From: Eledone cirrhosa
Lineage: Eukaryota
NCBI GenBank assembly: GCA_964016885.1
Contig: OZ024740.1
Location: 256,990,001-257,054,000, forward strand
Direction: 5' to 3'
Length of the DNA: 64,000 bases
The notes under the pieces were generated by a model that was not told the origin of the DNA, ran no database searches, and worked only from the letters and a program-made list of their open reading frames with translations. Positions 26,672 through 39,929 of the stretch are shown here, piece after piece; position 1 is the stretch's first letter; each line of letters begins with the position of its first letter. A program made the position numbers and the translations under genes.

Positions 26672-27710
26672 TCTAGGGCTGGTAAAATTCCCGAGATCCA
26701 TGGACGAGTTCTCTCCACCGATCTCTGTTCCTCATTATCGCTTCCATGACCTGCGTCTCCAACAGACCAGTGTCTGTCCTTAGGGTATCAACATACGTTA
26801 ACCTTGGTCTTCCTCTGCCAGTGTGTCCATGTAGAGGCTCCCGCAGGAGCACTGAGTGCAATGTCAACTCTGGATGTCGGTGAGCATTTCCAGCTAACCT
26901 CAGTCTCCTCCGTGTCACTCTTGAGCTGACGTTTGGGAGGATCCCATACAACTCTGAGTTTTTCATCCTCAGTATATACTGATCAATGTTCAGAGCCATC
27001 CTCAGCATTCTTGTGTAGCACACATCAAACATCTGAATGAGTTTCTTGGTCAGTGTCCAAGTCTCAGACCCGTACTACAGCACAGACTCCACTATAGCAA
27101 TGAAGAGGCGGATTTTCAGGTCTTTACAAAGGTACGACTTCCACACCGATCTTAAGCTGTGGCACGCCGCCCAGGCTCTGCTCTTCCTCTCAACCACATC
27201 ATCTTCCGTATTCCCAATCCTTGCTCCCAAATACAGGAAGTCCTCAACCAATTCTAGCGGCTTCCCGCCTACGTTAGTGATCCCCTCCGGCTTCTCAACA
27301 TTCTCTACCAGATATTTTGTTTTAGTCTCATTCATTCTCAGCCCCACACTCATCGACACAGTCTCAACCTCCTGCATCAAATCCTCTGCCTCCTTCACTG
27401 TATTTGTCACCAAAACTATGGCGTCTGCAAATTCAGCATCCGATATATTTTTCGCCTTCACTCTCCTGCTGTGAGCCAGTGCTACAGTAAAGCCAGAGTC
27501 CTGGTGTTTCTCCAGTGCAAATCGCATGCAATAGTCCACTACGATGATGAAAAAGGTAGGGAGCCAATGTATCTCCCTGCAGCACTCTAGCCAGTATCTC
27601 TAAGAACTCTGTTCTCCCATCAGGTGTAATGACCGCTACAACACTTTAAACATTAGCCGTCATACACGTTTTATCACAACAGATTGCTTCCACAATGCGG
27701 GCGGGACGTA
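26672..27710 (-). mobile_element. 5'-truncated RTE-group (Proto2/RTE-X-like) LINE, decayed RT
   Basis: VLQGDTLAP, DAEFAD(A)IVL, GLRMNETKTKY, DFLYLG, YGSETWTLT, RRRLRLAG, RGRPRLTYVD. Confidence 0.85.
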
Positions 27711-29132
27711 AGGATGACTAGGAGACACGGTATGCAATGATGTTTAGGCTAAAACGCTGCAGAAGCCTATGAAATGGTCAAAACAGTGCCGGGCGACTAT
27801 TTTACATTGGCAAAGGAGGGCAGGGAGCAGGTAAGGGACGACGAGATGTGTGGAAGCGAGAGGGATACCAGAACACCAAAGCTGGTCGAAAGAATTCGCA
27901 ATTTCTTTGACAATTTAGTACATTTCTTCTGACGATTACTAAACAATTTGAAGTGCACAGAATCATCCATAACAATCAGAAATATACAGAAATGTTGTGC
28001 AAAGTTTGTTCTGAAGGTGTTTTCGTGTGTTTGAACCGTGACAAGTAGGCTGCTGACCGACGGAATGGTGTACATAAGAATGTAAATGAATTTCTATATA
28101 TACGTGCATAAACACACACATAGCAGCAACCGAGAAGGGTTGTGTAGAAAAGAGGAGTCAGTGAAAATAGTAGTGGCCGGTAAATTTCATTAACTGGTGT
28201 GGTTGTGAGAGAAGCTGCAAAGAACCGCATACAGCGATACAGTTATACGACCGTAAATGGTTAAACAGCAAGGTATTAATTAGGTCATTACGTGCGTGGA
28301 TAGAACCGGGAGATGGTGAGGATGGAGTAAATGTTAGGAGGCATTTACCAGCGTCGATGTCACAGCCGCGGAACCGCATGCCTCGCGAGCACAGACGAGC
28401 ACACAAAAGAAACAGACACACATGGACGTGGGCACAGGAATGTGTGTCGGTATATATATATGTATAGGCTGATATACTACATGTAGTAAACAACATATTG
28501 TTGGGTTTAGTAAATGTTACCATATGGAAATATATGAAATGTATTTCCGTTTGTTGAAACTATAGTTGTGTGTTTAAAGGTGTCCGGCTGCCTAAACACA
28601 TTCTACCCCATTAAACTTCACATCGGAGCAAGATAACATGTTTATGTTTACCCACCCTGCTCTATCTCCCCTAGCCCCACTTATGCATCCATTTAAATCC
28701 CATCAACATGCACACCCTATTTATGTACACAATACACACAATTTCATGTGTGTAGTTATACATTCATACATACATACATATAAATATTTATATATAATGC
28801 ACAAGCGTACACACGTATATGCATAAATATATATGGGTGTGTGTGTGTGTGTATGTGTGTGTGTGTTGAAATAAACGAGGTATCGTATAAGGTAATCCAA
28901 GTAAAGGTTATGAGTAATCTGTACCGTGGATGATTTCAACGTGCGGCATTGTTTGACTAGACATGATGTTTCCTTAGTTGTGGCGTTCGGATAGGGTTCG
29001 AATGTCACAACAGCACGGCAGATATCGATTTTTAGACACATCCAACCAATGAAACATATGTTAATACTTGGAATATACCCTACTGTATAGCTTATCGGTG
29101 TTATTCTTCATTCCTTTATTATACACACACAC

Positions 29133-29163
<31 letters not shown>

Positions 29164-29226
29164 CTCACACACACACACACATATATATATATATGTATAT
29201 ATTAACACGCACACATACACACACAA

Positions 29227-29260
<34 letters not shown>

Positions 29261-29261
29261 G

Positions 29262-29338
<77 letters not shown>

Positions 29339-29371
29339 CGTTTCTGAAAGTATAACAATATATATATATAC

Positions 29372-29419
<48 letters not shown>

Positions 29420-29937
29420 TATAATGTGGGTGTGTGTATGTATGTAAGCGTATGTTTGTACGCATTGTAATATTCTGTCTGGACTATGAATTTATTTAGC
29501 TGTGTAATTGTGTTTTGTGTGGTCTGTTTTTGGCTAGCTTAGGTTAGTTGTGTAGTGTTGTATAAAAAAGAAATTGTATAAGGTGTACTACATGTATAGA
29601 GCTACTAAATGTATACAATACTAAATGTATACAATATGATACATAAAATAATTATGTAAAATTTCACCATAATTTGTTTTGTGTTCTAAATGGTATAATG
29701 TTTGTTTATGTTCGACATGCCTATTACCACAGCACGCTTTCACTTATCTTTGAAGTTATATCACTTAAATGACGTCAGACTATTTCTTGCACCAAGCAGG
29801 CATGGCTAGTATTTTATTGTTTTAAAATTGTTGAAGAGGAGATTGGATACGCCTGGTTTTAAAATGGCCAAGAAACACCGTATGTCAATAAGACTCTACT
29901 AAGACTCAACCAGGAGCTACTGGTCCGTACTTACACA

Positions 29938-29963
29938 CGTACATACATACATACATACATACA

Positions 29964-29995
<32 letters not shown>

Positions 29996-30227
29996 CATAC
30001 ATACTTACAAACATACTTACAAACATACCTACATACATACATACGTACATACATACATACGTACATACATACATACATACGCACATACGTACATACATAC
30101 ATACATACGCACATACGTGCATATATACTTACCATATTGCTAGACTTCCGATGATTATGACGACTAGTGTTGCAGTTTGTATGTATGCATATATGTTTGT
30201 ATGTTTGTATGTAAGCATGTATGTATG
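29938..30227. repeat. (TACA)n/(ATGT)n microsatellites
   Basis: Direct inspection. Confidence 0.9.
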
Positions 30228-33200
30228 TTCTTCTGGTTTTATAATTTCACAAAGTTTTACCAATAGAGAGAGAGTCGGTTTCTAACATAGACACAAGACT
30301 CTCTCATTGGAATTTACACAACATCAACTAGGTAGATATGTATGTATGCATGTATGTGTAGATATGGATGTTATTGTATGTGTGGATGTATATATTTTGA
30401 GTTGCATGTGTGCATGTGTATGTGCTTTGTATCTGTACATGTGTATATGCAGTTATTAGATGCAAACTTTTTGGAATGTTTTACATATTTTTACTGTTCT
30501 ATTAATGGATTGTACTTGTAGTTTCCTAACTAGTTGTGTTCTTTCTGTTCCTGTGAAGCCTAGCTTCTCAAGATTTGTATTGAGGCAGTTACTAACATAT
30601 CCCAGTGCCCCCAAAATCTGAAGGTGTAATCGGGTGGAGTATCTGCAGATTTCTCATCAGTTCTGCATAAATATTCTCCTTTTCACTAATCTTTGATATT
30701 ATATTGGCATCTGCTGGGCAGCTAATTTCCACTACTGTGCATGTTTTCTTCTCCCTGTCCCATATCATAATATCTGGTCTGTTATGCCTGCATTTTATTG
30801 GGGTTTTTACTGGAACATTCCACCAGTACTCTTTCATATTGTTATAGCTTTTAATGTGTTTATTATCGGGGCTATCTTTTTTACGAACTTCATTGTACAG
30901 TGTTTTGGCCACTACATCATGCTTCATAGGTAGATAGTACCGCCATGACATCTTTGGCAGCTGCTGATGACATGGGTGATATCCTCGATGTTAGTTCTGC
31001 AGAGTCTGCACTTATTATCACATCTAGGTGTTTTGCCTGCATCCCTATCTCTTTTGTGAATCAGGAATTTCGTGCTAATCTCCTGTTCTTGGATTGCAAA
31101 AGCGGGAGCCAATATAGCGGTTGTTGGCCCAAGACTACTTTCCTTATCTATATTACTCTCACTCTGGAGCTTCCTGGCAACATATCCATGCATGATTTTT
31201 TGCTGATAGGCATGCAGTTTTTCATCCAGGGATTCACTGCGATACTGCTGAGCGACATCCCTGGGTGTGAGTTTTGATTATCACACAGGGAATATCTCTC
31301 AAGGAGTTCCTTCCCAACTCTCATGATCTTATCTGTTTCATGCAGATAGACTTGCTCGAGAAGCGGGCTCTTACACTTCGAGGTTCGTAGATGTTGTCGG
31401 AGAGATATGATGCGACATTCAAATGTTGTCTGGACTGATGTTAGGCCTCTGCCTCCCTGCTTACGTTTCAAGTAAAGGCGGTTTATGTCACTGTTGATGT
31501 GGAAGTTTCCGGTGTTGTTCAGTATTTTTCGAGTTCCAACATCAACTGCTCGGATTTCGTCTATCGTCCAATTGAGTATTCCAAACGTTGGTGTTAGGAC
31601 AGGCACAGCAAACACATTGTGAGACACTGTTTTGTTTTGCGCAGAGAGTTCCGATGGCCAGATCTTTCTTAATCGGGTGTAGTATTCCCTGGTTACACGT
31701 TCTTTATTACAGATACCATTATAGGATATGTTATCATCTATCCCCAGGTATCTGTAGCAGACCTCATCAGATATCGGTGAAACAGTTAGACCATTGATGA
31801 CAATGTTGCTAGATTGGGTTGTTGTTTTTCCCCGCTTTACAGTCATGTATGATCATTTATCTTGGCCAAACTCCATTCCTATATCCTTTGAGAACGTTGT
31901 AACCAGGTCAAGATTTTTCTTCATCCCATCCATGATCTTGACATAGAGTTTCAGATCGTCCACAAAGAAGTTATGGGTTAGGTTCGTATTTCTGTCCTCC
32001 TGTGAGCCAATGATGTATCCCTCACATTTCTTGAGCAGAAAGGACAAGGGGTTTAATGACAAGATGAACAATATTACTGTCCCCCTGAAATATACCCCTG
32101 CAATATTTTATTTTATCAGTGAAAATAGAGTCCTCCCTCTCTGTCTTTAACCTTAGGATAGTAGCCCAAGAAGAAGACAGCCTCTCTATGGCTCTGACAA
32201 TAATGTCTGGGACTTTAGCAAGTTGGAGGGCCTCTATCATCCAAGAGTGGGGAACAGAATCGAAAGCTTTCTTGTAGTCCAGCCAGACTGTAGTCATATT
32301 CCTCCTAAGTTGTCGCACCTCCGACATCGCAGTTTTGTTGATTAGGAGTTGTTCAGCACAACCCCAAACCCTTTTCTTTCCAGCTGCTTGTTCATCTGTG
32401 ATGATGTTATTATTTTCACAGTTATCTTGGAGGAATAGGTTCAGGCAAGCTGTATACATCTTATACATCAGGTTCTGGCATGCAATGGGTATTTAGTTTT
32501 TTGCCAAGTGGGTGTCTTTGTTCTTGGGGACCAGTAACGTTTGTGCTAATGTCAACCATTCAGGTGTAAGTGTATCTCCCTTAAGAACTTGTTGGTAGAG
32601 GTCAGTAAGATACCTCCGATAGAATATTAGTTGTTTGTACCAGTAGCCGACAATCATGTCTCTTCTTGGTGTTTTCTTATCTTGGAGTTTTCCTATCACA
32701 GTCTCAAGGGTACCCTCACTTATTTCGTATGTTTTTGTTGTAGTGTAGGAGCAATAGTTCTTTCGGATTTCTCTTAGCCACACTGCATCTTGGTTGAAAT
32801 TCTTCTTTTCACCACTTATTTTGCTCCAAAAGGAATCTATGTCTTTCTGGGATGGGGCCTCAGTGACACTTATTATTTTGCCCTTCATATCTCTATACAC
32901 TGATGTTTGGTTTCGTCTGAATCTTTTATTAAGCATTTTTCTCTCATCTACCTTCTTCAGGTATCGGCGTGTTTCGCTAACAGCTCTCAATTCTTGTTTG
33001 AAGGTGATCAGCTTATATTGGAGAGTTCTGGTTCTACTGTTAACAAACATCGTCTCTATTTTATTTTTCACTCTTTGTTGGTGAGGAGTGAGGTTTTTTT
33101 GTGTTTGTTTGCATGTAAGCAGCATTGTCACATGTCCTATGTTTTTTTGTAGGTCAGCACTCTTGTTTTCTATTTTAGTTATATATGATGGTATTTTTGG

Positions 33201-34266
33201 TGGTGTTTTGTTCTTGTTAATATCTCTGCTATCACCAAGATAATGCTTCACTGTCATTGCTAAGGCATATAAACAGGCGTTGATTTGCCAAAAGTTGGGG
33301 TTTTTATCCGTCGTAAATATTCATCCCCTATTTCGTCAATAACACGTAGTATTTCATTATTTGGTTTTTTATTCGCCATTGTCATTTTCACACGTTCAGC
33401 CAGAGAGATATTTATACATGAGTTAATTTCTCTCTGGAAGATTTCGTTGAGGGAAATTTTCAATTGTTTATACTTTTGATTATCATTATCGATAGTATTT
33501 TCCACAACAGTCGATGTAGACTCGGATGGTATACGTGGTGTAACATTTATTCGATTATTATTATTATCGATAGTGTTTTCCCCAGCATTCGAGGTAGACT
33601 TAGATGGTACAGGTGGTGTAAAGTTTCTTACATGCATAGTTGTTTCAAGGCGCTGTTCGACCTGTCTGCTAGGAAATCTAGTAGCATGGCGATCTGTAGC
33701 ACGTGTTGTTGATTCCATGTTTGTTGTGGGGGACTTACAATTAATAATATTTATCTTATTTTTACGTTCAACAAACGTCGCTTGTTGGCGTAATCGTTTC
33801 GTTGTGAAATAATTTAGCTCTGGGTGCATTTCGTCCCAGTGTAGCTTCATTCTATTCATATAGTCAATGGAGGGATTGTTATTTGCTATTTTATAACAAT
33901 TAAATAAATCATTATTAAGTTCGCAACTCCAAGAGAAATGCGATTTATAATTTCGGTTTCTTCTGTAGCTACAACTGAATAAAGTTTGATTACCTTCTTT
34001 GTTATTTGTCTTCGATACTTCCTTTTTTGTTGATGTTGTGTTCAGCCATGCTGTTTCTAGCAAATCCTTGTAAAATGAATTATGTATTTAGTCGGATATC
34101 TCTACGAATTCGAATAAAAGGTGTCTTCAGAAGGGATGGTTTGAAGAATAACCAGTTATCCAACCTGGCTGTAGTTGTGGCATTACTGTCGGAGATAGTA
34201 TTCATCTTAAATTTAATAAATAGTCTCCCACGCCAAAATATGCGACTGATCGCGTTGAATAATGGA
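30228..34266 (-). mobile_element. near full-length decayed R4/Dong-like non-LTR retrotransposon (RT, CCHC, RLE)
   Basis: Seven consecutive ORF pieces: WSCELNNDLFNCY, WLDYKKAFDSVPHSW, RGIFQGDS, FFVDDLKLY, YRYLG, GGRGL, CRLC..HVISSC, HNRPDI..VEISCP..EK..Y. Confidence 0.9.
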
Positions 34267-34293
34267 ATGTATGTATGTATGTATGTATGTATG

Positions 34294-34322
<29 letters not shown>

Positions 34323-34325
<3 letters not shown>

Positions 34326-35700
34326 AAATGGAGTGAAACAGGGGGATATTCCAGCACCGACCCTGTTTGCCATATACTTTGCAATGGTTTTCTGTGTTGC
34401 ATTCAGGAATTGCGAGCATGGTGTTTACATCCGATATCGAACCTCAGGCAGCATATTTAACATCAGGCGCTTTGCTGCGAAGACAAAAGTATTTACATCA
34501 GTCATAAGAGACCTCTTGTATGCAGATGATTGCGATCTTGTAGCGCACACAGAGAGTGATATGCAGCACATTTTGAATGTATTTTCTGACGCTTGCACTG
34601 CCCTGGGTTTGACTGTCAGTCTCAAGAAAACCGTCGTCATGTACCAACCTGCACCTGGTAGGCAGTACACTGAACCAAACATCTATGTGTATGGCAAACG
34701 ACTTGGAGTGGTTGATCAGTTTGTCTACCTGGGAAGCACTGTCAATCGATACGGCAACCTTGACGGTGAAATCTCACTTAGGATTAGGAAAGCAAGTGAT
34801 GCTTTCGGAAAGCTAGAAAGGCGACTCTGGGGTCGGCGAGACATATGCAGGAGGACAAAGGTAAGGGTGTACAGGGCATGTGTACTCTCTTGTCTTCTTT
34901 ATGCCTGCGAGACCTGGGTCACATATCGACGCCACCTTAAGCAATTGGAGCGTTTCCATCAGATGTGTCTCAGACGGATACATGGCGTTCACTGGAGGGA
35001 CCACATCAGTGATGTCGAGATTTTGGAAAGCTCTATGTGTGACAGTATAGAAGCTCTTGTGCTTAAGCAGCGACTCCGTTGGAGTGGTCACCTTGCCAGG
35101 ATGAAGGATTCTAGAATACCAAAACAACTCTTCTATGGAGAGTTGGTTAAAGGAAAACGACCGCCACATAAACCAAAAAAGAGGTATAAGGATTCCTTGA
35201 AGGCCTCTCTGAAAGACGCTAACATCTCTGCTGATACATGGGAAAATGTTGCTGCTGATCGTAATAAATGGAGAAAGACTGTATATGAGGGAAAAGTTGC
35301 CTTTGAGGCATCTCGAATCGCACACGAGAAAGTAAAGCGGGACGTGAGGAAGGGTATTGCTGTTGCACTTCCAGACGGCGAGGGTCCTCCTATGTTTCTG
35401 ACATGCAGCGTCTGTGCGAGACTCTGCCTAAGCAAAGCTGGACTCGAAAGTCATCTTCGCAGTCATAAAGTAAGACCAGTGGTTGACTACCAGGCTGCTG
35501 TTGGAGATGCTACTCATCATGCTTGCCAAACATGTGGTAGAGAATGTAAATCAGCAGGAGGACTCAAGCGACATGCAAAAGTACACGAACTCCAACCACA
35601 GCCGACTATTCCCAGTAAATGTTTTGGTTGCCGACTCTGTGCAAGACATTTTGGATCATTGGCTGGGCTAAAAAGCCACATTCGATCGCAGCACTGTTAG
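34323..35700 (+). CDS. open 3' part of RTE-clade LINE ORF: RT domains 4-7 plus three C2H2 zinc fingers (5'-truncated)
   Basis: GVKQG..APTLF, LLYADD, FVYLGS, LLYACETW, RLRWSGH, PKQLFYGEL; CSVC..H..H, CQTC..H..H, CRLC..H..(Q)H; no stop across ~459 codons. Confidence 0.9.
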
Positions 35701-35708
35701 TTGCTATC

Positions 35709-35750
<42 letters not shown>

Positions 35751-35829
35751 GCTTATGTGCGTGCGTGTGTGTGTATATATATATGAATATGTATATTATT
35801 ATTGTTGTTGTCGTTATTATTATTATTGC

Positions 35830-35884
<55 letters not shown>

Positions 35885-36006
35885 GTTATTAATGTATGTG
35901 TGTATATATGTGTGAGTGTGTGTGTATGTATGTGTGTGTGTATATATGTATGTATGTGTATGTATGTGTGTGTGTATATGTATGTGTATATATGTATATA
36001 TGTATA

Positions 36007-36039
<33 letters not shown>

Positions 36040-36069
36040 CTTTCCCTTTTTTTTTTTTTTTTTTTTTTT

Positions 36070-36120
<51 letters not shown>

Positions 36121-36124
36121 TTTT

Positions 36125-36155
<31 letters not shown>

Positions 36156-36316
36156 GTGCAATGGCCATACTCGATAACGAGGGGGCAGCCATCATGTATG
36201 TATGTATGTATGTATGCATGTATGTATGGAATGTATGCATGTATGTATGTATGTATGTATGTATGTATGTATGTATGTATGTATGTATGTATGTATGTAT
36301 GTATGTATGTATGTAT
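34323..36316 (+). mobile_element. RTE LINE including microsatellite-filled 3' UTR and (ATGT)n tail
   Basis: Unique terminal motif GCAATGGCCATACTCGATAACGAGGGGGCAGCCATC (36158-36193) then (ATGT)n. Confidence 0.65.
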
Positions 36317-36993
36317 CTCTTTCTCTTAATTTCGAGTATATTTTTTTGACCGACTACCTTCCTGGTGGCAAGGTTGTAAAAAAAAGAAATTGTCATCCCT
36401 TGAATCGCAAGAATGTTTTGCAAATTTTTAAGGTGCCAGCTATCGCAGCCATTTGTAGACTATGAATTAGAGAGCTGCGCTTTTTGTCCGCAAATCCAAG
36501 TTCAGTCATACTTTGGTCCAAGTGGGTTGGTATATAACCCGTAGCTCCAATAATGATGGGTATGAAGCTAAAGGTGTATCTTGGATACTGGATTTGTAAA
36601 CTCCTCATCAATGGTCCGTAGATGTCCTCCTTCTCCTGTATTTTTCTGACAACGTTTACATCAAGTGGGCAGCTGATCTCCACAACAGAACACGTTTTCA
36701 ATGTGTGGTCCCAAACAACAATATCAGGCCGGTTGTGCTTTAATTTGGTGGCAGTTTTTATTTTCAGGTTCCACCAGTATTCCTTAGTGCCATCTCTCTC
36801 AATATATTCTTCCTCGTTTGTTGTTAATTTTGTTTACCGAAGTGCGTTCCAGATGGTTCTAGCTATCCCATCGTATCTCATGGGGAGGTAGTAGCGAGAT
36901 GACATTCTTTCGCAGCTGGCAACAATGTGGCTTACATCCTCGATCTTTGTTTTACATAGCCTACATTTATTGTCAGCTGCTGTCCCTCCTCTG
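36317..36993 (-). mobile_element. 3' fragment of a second, divergent R4/Dong-like element
   Basis: DNKCRLC..HIVASC, EYWWN, HNRPDI, VEISCPLD..EKEDIY, PIIIGATG; (ATGT)n on both flanks. Confidence 0.9.
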
Positions 36994-37854
36994 TATGTAT
37001 GCTTGTATGTATGCATGTATGTATGCTTGTATGTATGCATGTATGTATGCTTGTATGTATGCATGTATGTATGTTTGTATGTATGTATGTTTGTATGTAT
37101 GTATGTTTGTATGTATACATGAATGTATGCATCTATGTATGTTTGTATGTATGTATGTTTGTATGTATGTATGTTTGTATGTATACATGAATGTATGCAT
37201 CTATGTATGTTTGTATGTATGTATGTATGTATGTATGCTTGTATGTATGTATTTATTTTTGTATGTATGTATGCATGAATGTATGCATGTATGTATGTAT
37301 ATATGTATGTATGCTTTCGGCAACTGATGGTGTCAACTGAGGCTGTAAATATATATATCCAGATGAATTATTCAATCAAATAAACCGAAAAATCTAATAT
37401 ATCGGTGCGAGGCTGCAGCCTTCTCAATAATGCCCAGGAAGATACAGCACGATGCAGTTGTAGCAAAGCTGGTCTAAAATACCTTGCGTTGGGAATGTGG
37501 CATTGGAATGTATTCCAGTAACGTTTTCTCATATCATGGTGATGTAGTATATTAACCGCTGTCATTGTATCCTTAAATATTGCGCACAGAAGATAAGATC
37601 CCGTTATACTCTGATGATAAATTGTGTTTAATTAGCTGGATTACATCTCATATCAAATAGAACAATTAAGGTATTTCCTTAATGAGACAGAACTGATTAA
37701 TTATAACAGTAATAATAATTAATATCTCTATTATATATTGTCCGTAATTACGAAGATATAATGAGATTAAATAGAAGACCTGATTAGTAAAGATCGATAA
37801 TAATAATAGTAACAACAACAACAATAATAATGGTAATAATAATAATAATAATGT

Positions 37855-39895
37855 TTTCTTTATTAACCACAAGGGTTGACATAAAGTATATCAGTAAGGA
37901 CAGCACAGGACGGTACAGGCCGGTAGAGGACGGTAGAGGACGGTGCAAATGGGCATTTCTGCGTGTAAAAAAACCCCAAAGAATATGACAAAAAGAAGAA
38001 ACAAAGAAAAATTCCCCAATAACGGAGAGACTTCCGAGGGACATTTGTGGAGAAAGCCCATTAAAAAAGCCATGGTGACCCTGACCACCAAGTGCCCTTG
38101 GTTTTCCACCGTCAATTTATAGGCGTATATCCAGAGCAGACCCATTTACTTGAAAAGGTTAATCAGGACATCACCACCATATGACCTGTTTCGCCATGGC
38201 CACCAGGCAGATAAAAATTGCCTGCCCTTCCCGGCTAAAGGAAGACGGCGGGGCAATCCTCAGGATGGATTGAGCTGATAGCCGGATCCGTTCTACACGC
38301 GATAGAAGATGTTCGACGTAAATCAACATGTCAGGAATGCTCGGACACTTGACTAGTGCGTGAAGGATGGTTTCGTCGTAGTTGTCCATGGGCCCCGGGC
38401 CGAAGGTTCTCCCGAAGAGATTGGCTAGTTGATTTTCGTTGTGTTTAGCAGATTTATATATCTTGTCCCTAGCTGGACATTCTCCCTTTCTGCTGCCGGT
38501 TGCAGTAGACATCCGACAAGAGGTGGCCGAACAAGTCTGGCATCTGTACGTAAAGCTTCTACGACGGACCATTCAAACCAGGCGATTTATCCATCGTGCA
38601 GTAAGTCATTGCTACCCTTATTTCAGCGACAGTTATCCACCTTTCGCAACACTCCGCCTTAGTGGCCGAGAGTCGCGGCAGTCCGTCGAGGTAGGCGCTA
38701 AAGTCCATCCTACTATTCGACCCAGCAATGCCCCGGAACAGCTGAGCGAAGTGACACTGAAAAGCCGCGCAAATTTGCTCGGGTTCGAATAACATTCTCC
38801 CGTCTTGGTCCTCCAAAACCGGATCGAGGCTTTGTTCCCATAATGCATCTCCGCCACTCGGGCCCATCGAACGGCTTTCATCCACTCGTTTCTGAGACCA
38901 CACGCCCTAGCCCTGACAATCCAGGCTTCGTACTTTGCGTTGAAGAATTGGTCGAGGGCCGAATTCGCTGCAAGCACGCCGGTCGCGGTGCCTTTACTAA
39001 GCGCCACGTCTAATTTTCTAGCTAGTTCTCCCTCTGCTCTATTTTTCTCTATTGCTAACGCCTTACTAAATCTAGACGAACCACCATTTGTTGTTGACGA
39101 TTGCCCCCATCAACGCCCGCATAACTAATTCGCTAATCTGGTCTCGGGTAGGCTTTGCGCACTGTCAACGACACATTTAGCTTCCAGTAGCCGGGTCCCT
39201 GTCCATGAAACCAATCTAAGACGACCATACAGGTCACGAATATGTGGTCTGTGTAGTCGACTATTTTGAATTGTGGACAACCTATGCTTTGTCTATCTGT
39301 TTCCATACAAAATACTCTTTCTAGATCCGATCTGGATGACACGATGCGGTTTGTCTATATGTCACATTAGCACATTCGGGAAATCCAGTCGGTACCTGTT
39401 CCACAGTTGGAAACGTCTGATCAGGTTTGCGAGGCTTTTACACCCTCCTTCCCTATCCGCTAATCCCACACTGTCCCAGCGTTTATCCAAGATCCCGTTC
39501 CAATCGCCCATTAACATTAAAGATGGAATGTCTCTAGTCGTCTGAAGAAATCAGGCCGTCATGCCCTTGTCGGGGCATAAACAGCCAGTAGCCTAAAAGC
39601 ATAGCCTTCGCTGCTGGTCACGTCCAGCACCACCGATTCACCTTCTGGGCCCTGGAAGATGGTCCGTATCACGAGATCAAGGCCTCTCCGAAACAACACA
39701 GCGAATCCACCTCCCGATCCCGGCCGGCTTGGAGATGCGTACTTATCGTAACCACCGACGGTGAGTGCGAAGGCATGTGCCTCGGAAATTCTGGTCGCAC
39801 CGATGGCCACCACATCTAATTTAATTCACCTGAGGTCGTTGTGCATGTGACCCTGCTTCCATGACGACCCCAGGCCACGCACATTTATCTGCCTA
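37855..39895 (-). mobile_element. Tx1-like LINE ORF2, decayed, RT internally deleted
   Basis: INVRGL, AVYAPT, GDWN, GPGYWKLN, KSPGLNG then jumps to ANLFGRTF..ETILHAL; 3' end resembles 25189. Confidence 0.8.
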
Positions 39896-39929
39896 TTCTG
39901 AGTAAGGTCATGTTGAAAAGGAATGGAAA

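Noticed and set aside
34070-34266. HDV-like ribozyme in the R4-like 5' UTR
   Set aside because: Could not build the nested double pseudoknot by eye; needs a descriptor search
34006-34322. N-terminal ~105 aa of the 564-aa ORF (signal-peptide-like)
   Set aside because: Antisense of the R4-like 5' region plus (ATGT)n; in frame with the RTE ORF by chance, with a non-ATG start
35400-35700. Host C2H2 zinc-finger gene
   Set aside because: Fingers are contiguous and in frame with the RTE reverse transcriptase
37611-37770. CTGATGA at 37611 and TTGATGA..GAAAC at 47609-47696 as hammerheads
   Set aside because: Could not form a convincing stem I or a complete GAAA/stem III
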